A DNA stretch of 64,000 nt, taken from the NCBI RefSeq assembly GCF_006345805.1, contig NC_043007.1, positions 12,710,001-12,774,000 of the forward strand, written 5' to 3'. The translations under genes and the position numbers were made by a program. Below, in pieces: positions 38,589 through 50,798 of this stretch. Each line of letters begins with the position of its first letter. The first letter of the stretch is position 1. This DNA comes from Octopus sinensis (lineage: Eukaryota). Below the pieces are notes generated by a model. The model did not search any database. It saw only the letters and a list, made by a program, of their open reading frames with translations, and had not been told where the DNA came from.

Positions 38589-38819
38589 GGAAGAGCCACA
38601 GCGTGAGGACAAAAAGAATCCTTTTGATGAGGTGCCAGAAAAGGATCCGGCAGATAGCAAAGGGAAACAGAATGCCACTGTTACAATCGAGCAGAATGCC
38701 CCTGTCGCAATTGAGCAGAATGCCCCTGTCGCAATCGAGCAGAATGCCCCTGTCGCAATCGAGCAGAATGCCCCTGTCGCAATCGAGCAGAATGCCACTG
38801 TTGCAACCAAACAAAAAAT
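38589..38819 (+). CDS. PACSIN: Cassette exon with NPF and six 8-aa repeats (EEPQREDKKNPFDEVPEKDPADSKGK, QNAPVAIE-type x6)
   Basis: Acceptor aatttttttAG, donor AT|GTAAAA. 231 nt = 77 codons, phase 2-2. NPF at 38617-38625 is followed by acidic residues. Confidence 0.75.
38668..38811 (+). repeat. Exonic 24-bp minisatellite, 6 units
   Basis: Unit cagaatgcccctgtcgcaatcgag (QNAPVAIE). The four central units are nearly identical. Confidence 0.95.
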
Positions 38820-40049
38820 GTAAAATAGCGCTCTCTTATATATCTGCTGCATGCCGGCCAGTAAATTCTGCCTTTTACCCATCTCTGCGTTCTCTTATAA
38901 TTTTCAGATACAATCTTTAATTCATAATACGTCTACTTAACTTTCTTATACCCACTCTTCTAAACCAGAACTATTCTTTATCTAAATTTCCCTAATCTGC
39001 TTTCCTTTTTTTTTTTTCCAAAGTACTCAAAAACCAGCTAATGATTTCTTAAGCTTTGTAATAAATCAGCTCGTAGATTTACCAAAGAAATTATCAACAT
39101 TTCATTTAGTCTCTAATTGATTGTAAAGTAGAACTTCATATACGATAACTAATAATAACCCAATCATAACTCACCAACAATATAATTCCATAAATTAAGA
39201 AGGAACCGCAGGCAGGAATAAAAGTTGTGATCCACTTAGATTATCTGTTGACTTTTTAATGCCTTAGGAGAGGAAGAGTACCTCAAATGACTCTTAATAA
39301 AAGTTTCTCTGCCTAGTGGGAGACCTACACAAATATTTGCAACCATGGGCCATCTAGTACTGTTAAATCTGAACATGAACTGACCATCTCCTTTCCAGCT
39401 GCCTAATTTCAGTCGCATGGCATTGGTTGACCTGAGCCTATGGTTGTAGACCCTTGCAGAATAGGACGCACGGTGGGATTGAACCTGAAATCATGTAATT
39501 GTGAAGTGAGCTTCTTGGCTATACAGTAATACCTGGGATTACTTCAATGTTAGTAGTATAGTGATCAAATACAATTTTATCATTGCCAAGGAAAATATTT
39601 TAAATTTGGATCACAATTTTTATTCCTGTCTGCGGTTCCTTCTTAATTTATGGAATATGTTATCTCCGATATTTGCCTGAGAGAAAATTTAGTTTGAATA
39701 GGTTAAAACTTAACATTTTTTTTTTTTTTGTTGTTAGTACAAACAGGCGAGATTTTAATTAATATGAAAAACTGGTATACAAAGTATCCTAAAAACTTAT
39801 TACCATGTTTTATGTGTGTATTATTAATTGAGAAATTGGATTTCTAATCTAGAATTAGAAAGCTTAAATACCATAGGATATTGTTGTTGTTTAGCTCCAG
39901 CTTGGACCTGGTTGAGCAGACCTCTAAATCAGATGTTCAAGCTTTGACCTTTTTTTTTCTTTAAGCATAATATATGTAGGATTACACTAACTAATGTAGA
40001 TATTCTTCATTTTTTAAAGATTATAGGGTGCAAAAATTTGGCTGCTCTG

Positions 40050-40214
40050 CAGTGTCCCCTCAAATTTTCCCCAATCACTTAACAGAACTTTTCATGCCTT
40101 GAGCAGAAATATTCTAAATGCAATGCTAATGCGTGGCATTCAAATTTTCATGCAGCTTATCTAGCATATCTTTATGAATTATAGTGCGCAGCCGCAAGCT
40201 TTCTGGGACCATTG
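40050..40214. mobile_element. hAT-like MITE
   Basis: Ends cagtgtcccctc and gcgcagccgcaagctttctgggaccattg resemble CAGTGTTCCC...GGGAACATTG termini. Confidence 0.45.
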
Positions 40215-42048
40215 CTGCTATGTATAAGATTACGTAAAAAGCAACAATATCAATGAGTTTGATCATTTGGAATGGTTTTTTTGAGTGTCTCAAAATTTCA
40301 TTTCAAAAACCTAAAAATATTTGTTTTGTGGATTTTTGGCCACAAATTTAAATGATGTAAATTAGAAATAGCAAGAATTAAGCTTTTTTTTTTTTTCTTG
40401 CCACCTTCTCGTTGTTGTTGCTGTTATTTCAAAGACTTTGTCCATCTGAGTTGGTTTAAACACATTTTTGTGTGTAGCTTAAGTTTTTATTTAATAATCA
40501 CCTCATTTTTCCTTATTACACAATTGTCATGGGGGGGGGGGTTATTGTTTTGTTGTGTGTGTTTCTTTTATTTCATGTACTACTAACTTGATTGCAGTTG
40601 AATATTAACTGTGTTTTTCAAATCACAAATGAGTTTACATATTTCTAAATTTAACAAGGTAGACCTTTTTCCTTTTTTATATTTGAACTTGGGCTTCTAC
40701 TGTGTTACCTCAATAGACCAAATCAAAGACTTTTATAATATTTTGGGGTCATTCTCATTAGATAAATTTCCTGCTAATATCTTTTCCACAACAGAATGTC
40801 TTTGGTGAGTTTGCAAATACAAACGTTTGGACACATTATTGGAGATTATTTACAAATTGAGATATTAATCTCCAAATGGTTCATCTTAAATTCATCTTAA
40901 ACTTAAGGTTAACTCATTAAACAGCTTCTGTACAGCTCTCCCCAATTTATATTTGTTACTTTCGAAGAAAAAAAACAATGAAAAAATATTTACATTTCTA
41001 GTTCTGTATTCAGTTCCAAATTTGGTCAGTAAAAGGAATATATTAGGAATAGGCTTAATTCTTGGGAGAGGCATGTTCTCAAAAAATATCACAGTTTTAA
41101 TAATTGTAAGAAGACTGCTGCACTGGCAAGTCAAGTTTCTTCAGCAGACCTGATAAAAATAACTCAAAGATTTTTATTTTAATAATTTTATGGCATAGTC
41201 AAAAGAAGGCAAAACTGGTGTGAAAATTATCCACAAATTAGACAACTGATCCAAATGTTTATGATAGACTGGAATCTTTTAAAGAACTAAAGACATCCAA
41301 AGACCCAACAGTGGTGTTTAATCAAGCTGCAGATTAAGATTAACTCTCTACAATAAGTACAGGCTTCCATGCAGTTTCCATTACAAGGATTAAGTTAACC
41401 CTTAACCCGTGGTATAAGAAATTTGCCTTAGGTACTACAAAGTACTACATAATCCGGAAGTAATTTCCTTCACTTCACATACCAGCACCCTTAACATCAC
41501 ACATCTTAGGATTTACAGTTAATTATGTGGGAACTGGGGCAAAACCTGGGAGAATACTAGTTCTTATTTCTACCAATTCTACAAGAAATAGGGACCGTAT
41601 TTTTTAATCAATGAAGGGCTATTTAATATTCTTTTATTACAGCATGATTCAACCTTTTTCCCCTTTGATTATTGATCTCCTAATAACGGTCAATCTCATG
41701 TTAACCTAATCTCAACTATCATCCCATTATTCTCAACACTTCTTTCTTTCTTCTACTTGAAGATCTAACTGAAATGGCTTATCCCCAACAATATTTTTTT
41801 TTTTTTTTTTTATAAATCTAAATATTTCTAACTTCTGAATTGTAAGACTTTTAATTCTTCATTCTCAGTTATGTTGTGTTTACTTTTTTTTTTTATATAT
41901 ATATACTTAAATTCAGAAGTAGTTTCCATGATATTGACATTACTAACAGATCCTTATTTTTTTTTTTTAATAATCTTTTGGAATTTCTAATTAATTTCTA
42001 ATCTGTCTTGCTCTATGATTATGTGTGTGTACACAGACACACACATCT

Positions 42049-43262
42049 TTGAGGTCTCTACCAAAAAAAAAAAAGAAACCAGACTTTATTTTTTTAAATC
42101 TGTTGCTTTACAATTTTTTTCACCCCCAATATAGTCCTGCCTTTATAAACACACTGTTCCCAGTGGGGATGGGGAGGGGGGGTTCTCATCTAATTTTGTA
42201 ATGTGTTTTCAGGAGAGTCTGTATTTCTCAAAGCAGATTTTCATTAATCTCTTCTATCATCTGAAACTAGTGATCATTCAGGGTGGGTTTCAAGTGTAAC
42301 AACTTTCCCCCCAAAAAATTTTTTTAATCCCACAATCATTTCTGGAGATTAGGGCCTGCTGCTGGTGGGGATGCTAAAAAACCATCTTGTTGCTTTGCCA
42401 AACGGTCACAGATAGGAGAGTGACAGTTGAGGAAATGCATTGTCACTGTGTCTCTCAAATGTCTCAAGACATCTAAGTAAAATTCTTTCCCACTCACCCG
42501 ACAATGGGGGAAACATCCTGATGAGTGATGCACCCCTAATCAAGAATGACAATCAACATCACTTTCTAATTTGAGCAACTCTGATTTGCTTTCATTTTAA
42601 TTTTTTTTTTGCAGTGACATTGGTCTAATTCACATCAACAACTATTGTTTTTGATATTGGTAGCTCTTGTGTTTTGTCACATTTATAAAACTCTACAGAA
42701 AGTTTCCATCTGTATTCAAGCAATTAGACAAGTCCCAACTCTCTTGAATTCATTTAGCACAAACTTGTACAGTTGTCTGTTAAAGTTTTCCAGAAATTCA
42801 TGGAAAGTCAATTGACAATATTCATGGAATCACACAATGGGATTATTGTCTGTTGGTGGAAGATTTAGGGTCATCTTCAGTAGATGGTCTTATTTGCTCA
42901 ATTTGAAACTCTGGTGTTACTCATGACATTTGTGCACAGCTCGTTCTCCTCTCAGGCCTGATGCAGCATTAGAAAAAGTCTCCATAAAAATGTTTTTATC
43001 CAATATAAAACAGAAAATTTCATAGAAACGTGTACTTCTTGCAAACTTCTCATCGTTCATCTTGCAACAAATTGCCAAATGTACTAGGCATTGGTTCGAG
43101 CACATGTCCATTGATGATTAAATGACGTAGCAAGACGTGACTATTATTTGATAGAGGATCACGGTCACCCACATACAACAACACTACAATTACAAACATA
43201 CTACACCCACCAACTGGTGGGTGTGCGGTTTTAAAAGTCTGGTTTCTTTTTAGACAAGTTTT
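42049..43262 (-). mobile_element. Near full-length (about 1.2 kb) decayed mariner transposon
   Basis: Inverted ends aaaaagaaaccagacttt and aaagtctggtttcttttt. The minus strand gives KEFYLDVLRHLRD, typical of mariner transposase. Confidence 0.75.
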
Positions 43263-43649
43263 GTGTGTGTGTGTGTGTGAATTGAATATTTTTGCAAAGT
43301 GTTTTTACTATAATTCAGTTTTGCTTTTTTTAAACTCTTGTGAATCAAATTGATAAAAAGATTTTGTAACTCTGAAAAAGTAAAATGCTTTTTATTCCTT
43401 TAGATATGGTGAATGGTTATGTATCTGTGAATATTGAAATATTAGCAAAATGTTTTATCAAGCTAAAAGGTCATCAGAAATTGTTATTCGCCAATGCAAT
43501 ATATTCTCCTTTTTCAGAGAAGAAATTTACTTATTGTAAATTCAGATATAATTCAGCCATAGTAATTACAGGTACAAGCATAGTCATGTGGTTAAGAAGT
43601 TTACTTTGCGATCATGTGGTTTGGGGTATCAATCCTACTGCGTGGCACC

Positions 43650-43905
43650 TTGCTGGCCCCGTGCCGGTGACACGTAAAAGCACCATCCGTTCGTGGCCGT
43701 TCGCCAGCTCTGTCTGGCACCTGTGCAGGTGGTACGTAAAAAACACCCACTACACTCGCGGAGTGGTTGGCGTTAGGAAGGGCATCCAGCCGTAGAAACA
43801 CTGCCAGATCTGACTGGGCCTGACGAAGCCTTCCAGCTTCACAGACCCCAGTTGACCCGTCCAACCCATGCTAGCATGGAAAGCGGACGCTAAATGATGA
43901 TGATA
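43650..43905 (+). mobile_element. SINE C inserted into a SINE A (A parts 43585-43650 and 43920-44140)
   Basis: The A head ends at gcgtggcacctt, the family C body runs to gatgatgatg, then the A body resumes. Confidence 0.75.
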
Positions 43906-45427
43906 GACTAGAGTTAACCAATACACTTATGAGTGAAATCTGGTTGGTGGAAACTGTGTAGAAGCCCATCTTATGTGAGAGTGTGTGTCTGTGTTTGTCT
44001 ATATCCTTATAAAATGGTGCATCGAGATGCATCCCTTTATGGCAGTCACTAAATCGGGGTCAGTAAAATAAGTACCTGGTTGAAGTAAGCTTCGGGGTTT
44101 GACATGGTTGCAGTCTGTTGGCTGAAACAAATAAAAGAGTATTTAAGAGGATGAATATGTAATATCTTTATGCAGCCCCTCAATTACAATATTATTGAAA
44201 GCCCCTTTATTATTTTAAATTCCACTTGATTTGAAAACTCATAGCTAGATAGACAGATATAATAGTTGGACAAAACAGTTCTGTGTGAGAGAGAGAGAGA
44301 GAGGAAGAAAGGGATAGAGAGAAAGAAAGGGGCAGAAAGTGAGAGAGAGAAAAAAGGGACAAAGAGAAAAAGAGAGAGGGGGAAGAAAAAGCATTTTACC
44401 TTTTGCCTGACATTTTTTTTTTCCAATTTGTGTTTGTTTCAAATTTTATTTTGCATATTCTCCCTCAATTTTCTATTTAACCATGTTGATGTTTTGTTTG
44501 TATTTGGTCTGCAAGATTCTTGATGTGAACTTGTGTGTTGAAAGAGATTTTGTTGTATCTTGGAGTAGAGTCATTACTGGCACAATGACCCACCCAACAT
44601 ACAACAAAATATATTTATATGCAATTTATTAATTTCATTTCTGAAATAAAAGAGTATTTAAGAGGATGAATATGTAATATCTTTATGCAGCCCCTCAATT
44701 ACAATATTATTGAAAGCCCCTTTATTATTTTAAATTCCACTTGATTTGAAAACTCATAGCTAGATAGACAGATATAATAGTTGACCAACAGCTGATAGTT
44801 TGTAAAATCTCCATTAGCATCACAGTCTAGGATGGACCCTTATGTTAGAGTCTAAGTGGCCCCTCCCTTTAGAATAGACCATTTGAATGAATGTCTGAGG
44901 TTATTTGATATCAACTTTGAAATATTAAAACAATTTTAGTTTAATTTGATTTATTTTTCTCCTATTAGGTCTATTCTATGAGGAAAAAAATGCCAGTAAT
45001 TTATAGCTATTCAACAGATTTCTTCAAATTTTAATGTCAACTGATTAAAGAAAATTCTAATTAATATGGTTATCTCTTTGTTATTAGTATTTCTGTAGAG
45101 GAACATTGCCCTTGTTTTAATTTGTTTCGAAAATAATGAAGAATTTAGTGAAATAATGTGGTCGGTACAAAGCTAGTGTTTGCAAAATAAATTGATGTTT
45201 GGACAGGAAGTTCTAATTTAGATCACATAAAATGGAAAGGGTGTATCATATAAATTAGGGGACATATCGAAAGTGTTCAATAACATATTGTATAAAACGG
45301 TAAAAACTAATAATGTCAGTCTGTCAAAGACGATTTAATGTTTTACACCATCTACAAAAAGGTAAAATATATCTGCCTATAATGAACTTTACTAAATTTG
45401 AATTAAATCTTTGAATTATTATATAAT

Positions 45428-45686
45428 AAAGACCCCCTTCGGTCATGAATGACCATGGGATTGCACCTAGAAAGTTACCCTCCTAGATACAAGTCCGGGC
45501 AAGGTTGTTTATGGAAGACCAGCAGTCGCCCATGCATACCAGCCTCCCCTCTCCACGCCACCAGTGTTATCCAAGGGAAAGACAAAGGTCGACACAGCTT
45601 GGCACCAGTGACGTCGCAACTCATTTCTACAGCTGAGTGAACTGGAGCAACGTGAAATAAAGTGCTTTGCTCAAGAACACAACACT
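45428..45686 (-). mobile_element. SINE family G, 5'-truncated
   Basis: Reverse complement of 16370-16630. Confidence 0.85.
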
Positions 45687-45687
45687 A

Positions 45688-45898
45688 ATAAAAATAATAA
45701 TAATAATGAAATTATTGTATACAGTGCTCAGGTGCACTACAACTTGTCAAAAGTGCATATAAAGAATATGCAGTAATGAACAAATGTCTGGAAAGCGAAC
45801 ATTTGTACATTACTGCATATGCTTTATATGCACTTTTGAAAAGTTATGGTGCACCTGAGCACTGTATACAATAATTTCATTATTATTATTTTTTTTAT
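45688..45898. mobile_element. Fold-back of a LINE/SINE-type 3' end with (TTA)n tails on both sides
   Basis: Arms of about 100 nt, loop 45788-45798; cagtgctcaggtgcac / gtgcacctgagcactg. Confidence 0.75.
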
Positions 45899-46597
45899 CA
45901 TATAATAATTTAAAGATTTAATTAAAATTTTGTAAAGTCCATTTTGTGTGTGAGTGTGTGCACGCACACTATAACTCCATTTTGCCACAACAGGACCAGT
46001 TACAAGTCGATTTATGGCTAAGCTGTTTATCTATTTTATTACCTGCTGCCTTTAAATAAATTATTCTCATCAATATGGATCAATACTGCCTTGATGGTAA
46101 CATCATATGAAAAATCTAAGATAGTGGTCAAGAATATGCAGTTTAATTTTGAAGTGAAATATTTATAGTTGACCTGAGAGCTAGATCTAAATGAGCAACT
46201 GGATATATTGGAAAATGGTTGTTAAAAATATCTCCTTAATCTGTGCCAAATTGGAAAAGCAGGGATGGAATGATATTTATTTCTGTAGTATAAATCAATG
46301 TTCTTTTGGAAGATGTCTTAAGATCCTTTTACACTTGGCCTGAAGCATGAACGTCCTGTGCTGATTAAGGCCATCCATCTTAAAATAGAGACTTTTGTGA
46401 ATGATGCATTTGTGATCAATGATAATTGTTTAGAAACAGATTTTGTGAATGCAAATTAAAAATGGAAAGAAAGAAAAAAAATGTTGCATAAGTGTTGGAT
46501 ATGCTTTTCCTTATATTGTCATACATAATGAAAGATGGTTGGGATTAAAGTAAGCAGTTAGATTAAGATTTCTGGAATAATTAGATTATACATAGAA

Positions 46598-47100
46598 TCA
46601 TCATCATCATTTAAAGTCCGTTCTCCATGCTAGCATGGGTTGGACAGTTCGACTGGGGTCTGGGAAACCAGGAGGCTGCACCAGACTCCAGCCTGATCTG
46701 GCAGTGTTTATAACAGCTGGATGCCCTTCCTAATGCCAACCATTCCGTGAGTGTAGTGGGTGCTTTTTTCATGCCGCCGGCACAGGTGCCAGGGGAGGCA
46801 GGCAGCGGCCACGATCGGTTGGTGCTTTTTACATGCCACCGGCAGAAGCCAGTCAAGGCAGCACTGGCATCGGCCACGTTTGGATGGTGCTTTTTACGTG
46901 CCACCGGCTCATCATCGTCATTTAGCATCTGTATTCCATGCTGGTATGGGTTAGATGCTTTGGCATGATCCAACAGGTCAGAGGACTGTTGAGCTCTAAT
47001 GTCTGTTCTGGAATTGCTTCTATGGTTAGATGCCATTCCTGGCACCAACCATTTCACAGAATGTACTGTGTGCTTTTTCACTGACACTCATGAGGTCACC
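46598..47100 (-). mobile_element. Two tandem SINE C copies
   Basis: Both start (on the plus strand) with catcatc...attt and carry the tgcccttcctaatgccaacc-type motif. Confidence 0.8.
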
Positions 47101-48882
47101 AAGTCGTTCGCAAGACAAGAACCCTTGAATTAATCATAAACTAATAAAGCAGAAATACTGACCATTTTTCAGAACTGTAAATTAACACAATTCTTGCTAT
47201 ATTCTGCTTTGTTTCAATTCATTTTGAAAATAATAAGGAATTTAGTGAAATGACTGTTATTATTATTAAGTTGGTGTTTGGAACAAAAATTAACATGGAA
47301 TATTAATGAAAGCTTTTTGGGTCATTTTTAACAATGTAGTTTGTATTGTAGTACCAGGAGTGCTTCTCGGGTGATTTGATATCAGAAGGTTTAAGCAATA
47401 TTCAATCAAAATTTTATCCCTCCCTACCATTCCAATATAAAGGTAAGAAATAAGTTTCAGCTGTACTCATAAGTTGTCCTACTTAGGGAAAAAAAATAAC
47501 AAAAAAAAACAGTATAAACAGACAATGGTCTCTGAGCATGTTATAACTTATAATTTTACATGCATGAACTAAAAAAAAAAAGGTGGGGGAGGTGGGGTTG
47601 AACTAAGAGCAATTATCAGTTTCTCTGGTGTGAAGTAGATGAGAGACAAACGAGTCTATGACTAATTTTTATGGGCAACTTTCCCAGAGGAAGCTGATAT
47701 CCATTCTGAAGTTACATAAACTAATATAAGAATTAATAATTTACTCAGTGCTTCTGGTGAAATGTTTGTTGTACATTTAAACTCATGACTCATTAACAGT
47801 TGATACTCTGATATTTTATTGGTTTAGAAGAGAGTTATTGAAAATGATGAGTTTGTCAATATCTGCAAGATGGGTTAATCTAGTTTAATATAGATTTACG
47901 GTAGCAATAAGATTGTTTTCATTAAGTGGGAACAGCTAGGATTTTGTCCAACCCTTCATTTTATGAGTTTTTTGGGGGTTTTTTTTTTCTTGCAGTCACT
48001 ATTAAATGAGCAGTCTAGCAAAAAAAAAAGAAAATTGCTTTTGTATGTATGTGTATAGGATGGGAGTTAACTTTAGTGCAAAGATGTTTTTAGATCAAAC
48101 GTTGATTTACAACTAATTTTTGTGTATTAGGAAGGAAAAAACAAAATGAGAATAATGGTTTAATCTATCGGGAAAATTGTTATTTTGTCTAATCAGTTGA
48201 GCATCATGATTGGACTTTGTTTCTCTCGCCTGTTTTTTTATTATTTTTTTTTTCAAGTAATTTCATTTTATTTTCAGCTCTCATACAAAATATATTTCAG
48301 GTCCCAACAAATACATCATACTAAATTGTTTCTATTTATTTGTATGAATTTGATAAACAACACATGTATTTGATATTGTTTATTGATTTCTCTTTTTCTC
48401 CCAATTTTATTATTGTATTTTCTTGTGTGTGTTTGTGTGTTTCTTCTTGCAAAAGCAATCTAATATCTATTTATTTGTTTAATAACTATTGATTCTATAA
48501 ACGAATTGAAATTTTGGTGAGCTTTTTTTCAAACACACGAGGCGCTATTTTCTTGCCTTTTTTCTTTTTTCACGTTTGTTGTTTTTTGTTTTATTAATTC
48601 TCTCATCTATATTGCCCATACCTATCAGAAAAAATATCCTCTCAAAGAAACCTAACATCCACTTTAAAAAAAAAAAATTCTTGTTTTTTTAAAAATCTAA
48701 TAATTTATCTTAAAATGCATGGAATGGTGTGTGTGCGTGTTGTGTGTACATGTATGCGTGTGTGTTTGTTCAGTTTTACTTTGGCTCCACATTCCCTTCC
48801 CGCCAAAAATTAAAAACACAATACTTTTAGCTCTCGACTTCATTGAATTTGAACAGTCTTATAGCTCCTATACCTTTTATAG

Positions 48883-48990
48883 GCAAGAGAGCTACGATGA
48901 AAGTCTCAATCCTTTTGGAGAGGAATCTGACGACGAAGATATACATAGTGATGCTAAACATTTGGTGAAAGATGCATCTCAAAAGAAAAA
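48883..48990 (+). CDS. PACSIN: Linker exon with acidic NPF motif (QESYDESLNPFGEESDDEDIHSDAKHLVKDASQKK)
   Basis: Acceptor ccttttatAG, donor AA|GTAATG. 108 nt = 36 codons, phase 2-2. NPFGEESDDED resembles PACSIN2 YNPFEDEDD (recalled). Confidence 0.85.
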
Positions 48991-49516
48991 GTAATGATAG
49001 GTTTGCAGTTCAGTGTCTATAATTTAAATTACTAAAAAAACATTTTATTTACTGCATCTTGGCATGAAATGAAAGTTCCTGTCAACAACATACCTCTTCC
49101 TATGCAGACTTTTGCCATTATAGATTAGACGGGCTCTTAAAAGAAAAAATAATAATAAATTAAATTAAATTAGAATTTTTCTTCTCAGCTCTTCAGTTTT
49201 AGTTCTTCTGAAGTGGGGGGGGGTATGATTTTCTAGCTTAGTACAAAGAAGAAGAAAATTCTTTAATTTAATCCATTCTTATTTTACAAGGAGCTGATCT
49301 TTGAGCTTACACAACACTAACAGACTTTCTTCAGGTTGTTTGTTACAGCCGATAGATTATTAAATGATTCTTATCTGGATCACTTAATAATTTACAGGAT
49401 TGTGTAGGTTATATGATTAAAATAGCAATTGTTAACATGAAATTGAAATTTTTATATCCAATCGTAGCAATGATGTTTTCTAAGTCCTTTGTTCCTTCCT
49501 CTATTTACCTTACTAG

Positions 49517-50384
49517 CTCACCCAGGCAGAAAGGACCTTTGAACACTGGCATAAAAATCAACCCAACTACTCAGTCACCCGCAGGTATGGGGCCTCAAGG
49601 ACGGGGTGCTGGACCAGCTAAATTTGGAATGGATCCACGTTCCCATGTTTCAAGTCCCCGTGGCATGAGACCACCAGGTATGGGTCCAGCTGGCATGAGA
49701 CCACCTGGTATGGGTCCACCTGGTATGGGTCCACCTGGCATGGGTCCACCTGGCATGGGTCCAGCTGGCATGAGACCACCTGGCATGGGTCCACCTGGCA
49801 TGGGCCCACCTGGTATGGGCCCACCTGGTATGGGCCCACCTGGCATGGGCCCACCTGGAATGGGGCCACCTGGTATGGGTCCACCCGGAATGGGCCCACC
49901 TGGTATGGGTCCACCTGGCATGCGACCACCAGTAATAAATGAGCCAAAAGTAAGTCCAGGAAATCGACGTGGTAGCATGACACCACAACCCCAGGGTCCA
50001 CCTAACCCAATGATGAGACCCATGATGAATCAAAATGCACCTACAATTCACATAGAAGAGAGGAGACCTAGCTCTCCATCGCCGATCCCAACCAGAAAGA
50101 ACCAGTATAGAGGAATACCTGATAACTTTGACCAAGAAATTCGAGACATGATACTTGGGAAACCTGCTGGAGGTAACAAAGGAATCGGTGTCAACAGAAA
50201 TATAAACACTCCAAATAAGAACCTGAACAATAATAGGAGCCCTATGCATCAATCCTCTCCATATATAGACAGCCGAAAAGGATCAACTGACTATGGAGTT
50301 TTGAACAGATCCAACACAGATCAGTCGATTGAGGGTTATTATCGCAGTGTTGAAACCGAGTCCTTGTCTGATTTCTCTGATTGA
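49517..50384 (+). CDS. PACSIN: Large Pro/Gly/Met-rich exon with 18 x GM(G/R)P(P/A), ending in TGA; would give an SH3-less isoform
   Basis: Phase-2 acceptor tttaccttactAG|C TCA CCC, in frame with the 323-aa ORF 49413-50384. The frame stays open to TGA at 50382-50384. A donor CAG|GTAGGT follows at 50394/50395. Confidence 0.7.
49662..49931 (+). repeat. Exonic 15-bp minisatellite, 18 units (GGY ATG GGN CCA CCT)
   Basis: 270 nt = 18 x 15. Unit variation is mostly at third codon positions. Confidence 0.95.
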
Positions 50385-50766
50385 TCTCTACCAGGTAGGT
50401 ACGATCCTACACCCGCCCCCACCACAGGCAGTTAGCTAACTTCCCATTGTTGTAAACCTGTATCAGTTGTTCCATTTGCACCGCTCCAGATCTGACCTTG
50501 CAAACAAACAACATCAGTACAAACCAAGACTCGCCACCCCCCCACCTGCTTTTACCTACAGTCACAACAGGGTTACCACGTGCCCTTATTTTCCATCGTA
50601 CTTTCTCTAAGGGATTTGCTTCAGACTGTTATTTATGAATTTGTGTCGGGAGGTGGGGAAAGATACATACATACATATATATGTGTGTATGTGTATATAT
50701 ATATATATATATATATGAATATTCACAAATCTGGTTGTAGCTAATTAATTTAAGAGCATATGCATG

Positions 50767-50798
<32 letters not shown>

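Noticed and set aside
38441-38920. ORFs of 159, 113 and 81 aa over the 24-bp repeat
   Set aside because: Alternative-frame readings of the minisatellite. Only the QNAPVAIE frame has matching splice phases and an NPF.
39738-39746. 9-nt phase-2-2 microexon candidate tacaaacag with a GC donor
   Set aside because: It needs a non-canonical GC donor and is too short to distinguish from chance.
49662-49931. Regularly spaced short repeats as a CRISPR-like array
   Set aside because: Head-to-tail tandem units with no unique spacers, in eukaryotic context and with no cas genes.
49595-50252. Minus-strand ORFs with GGP(I/M)P, collagen-like or WAHTR repeats
   Set aside because: Antisense shadows of the 15-bp coding repeat. 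Third-position variation and splice context support the plus frame.
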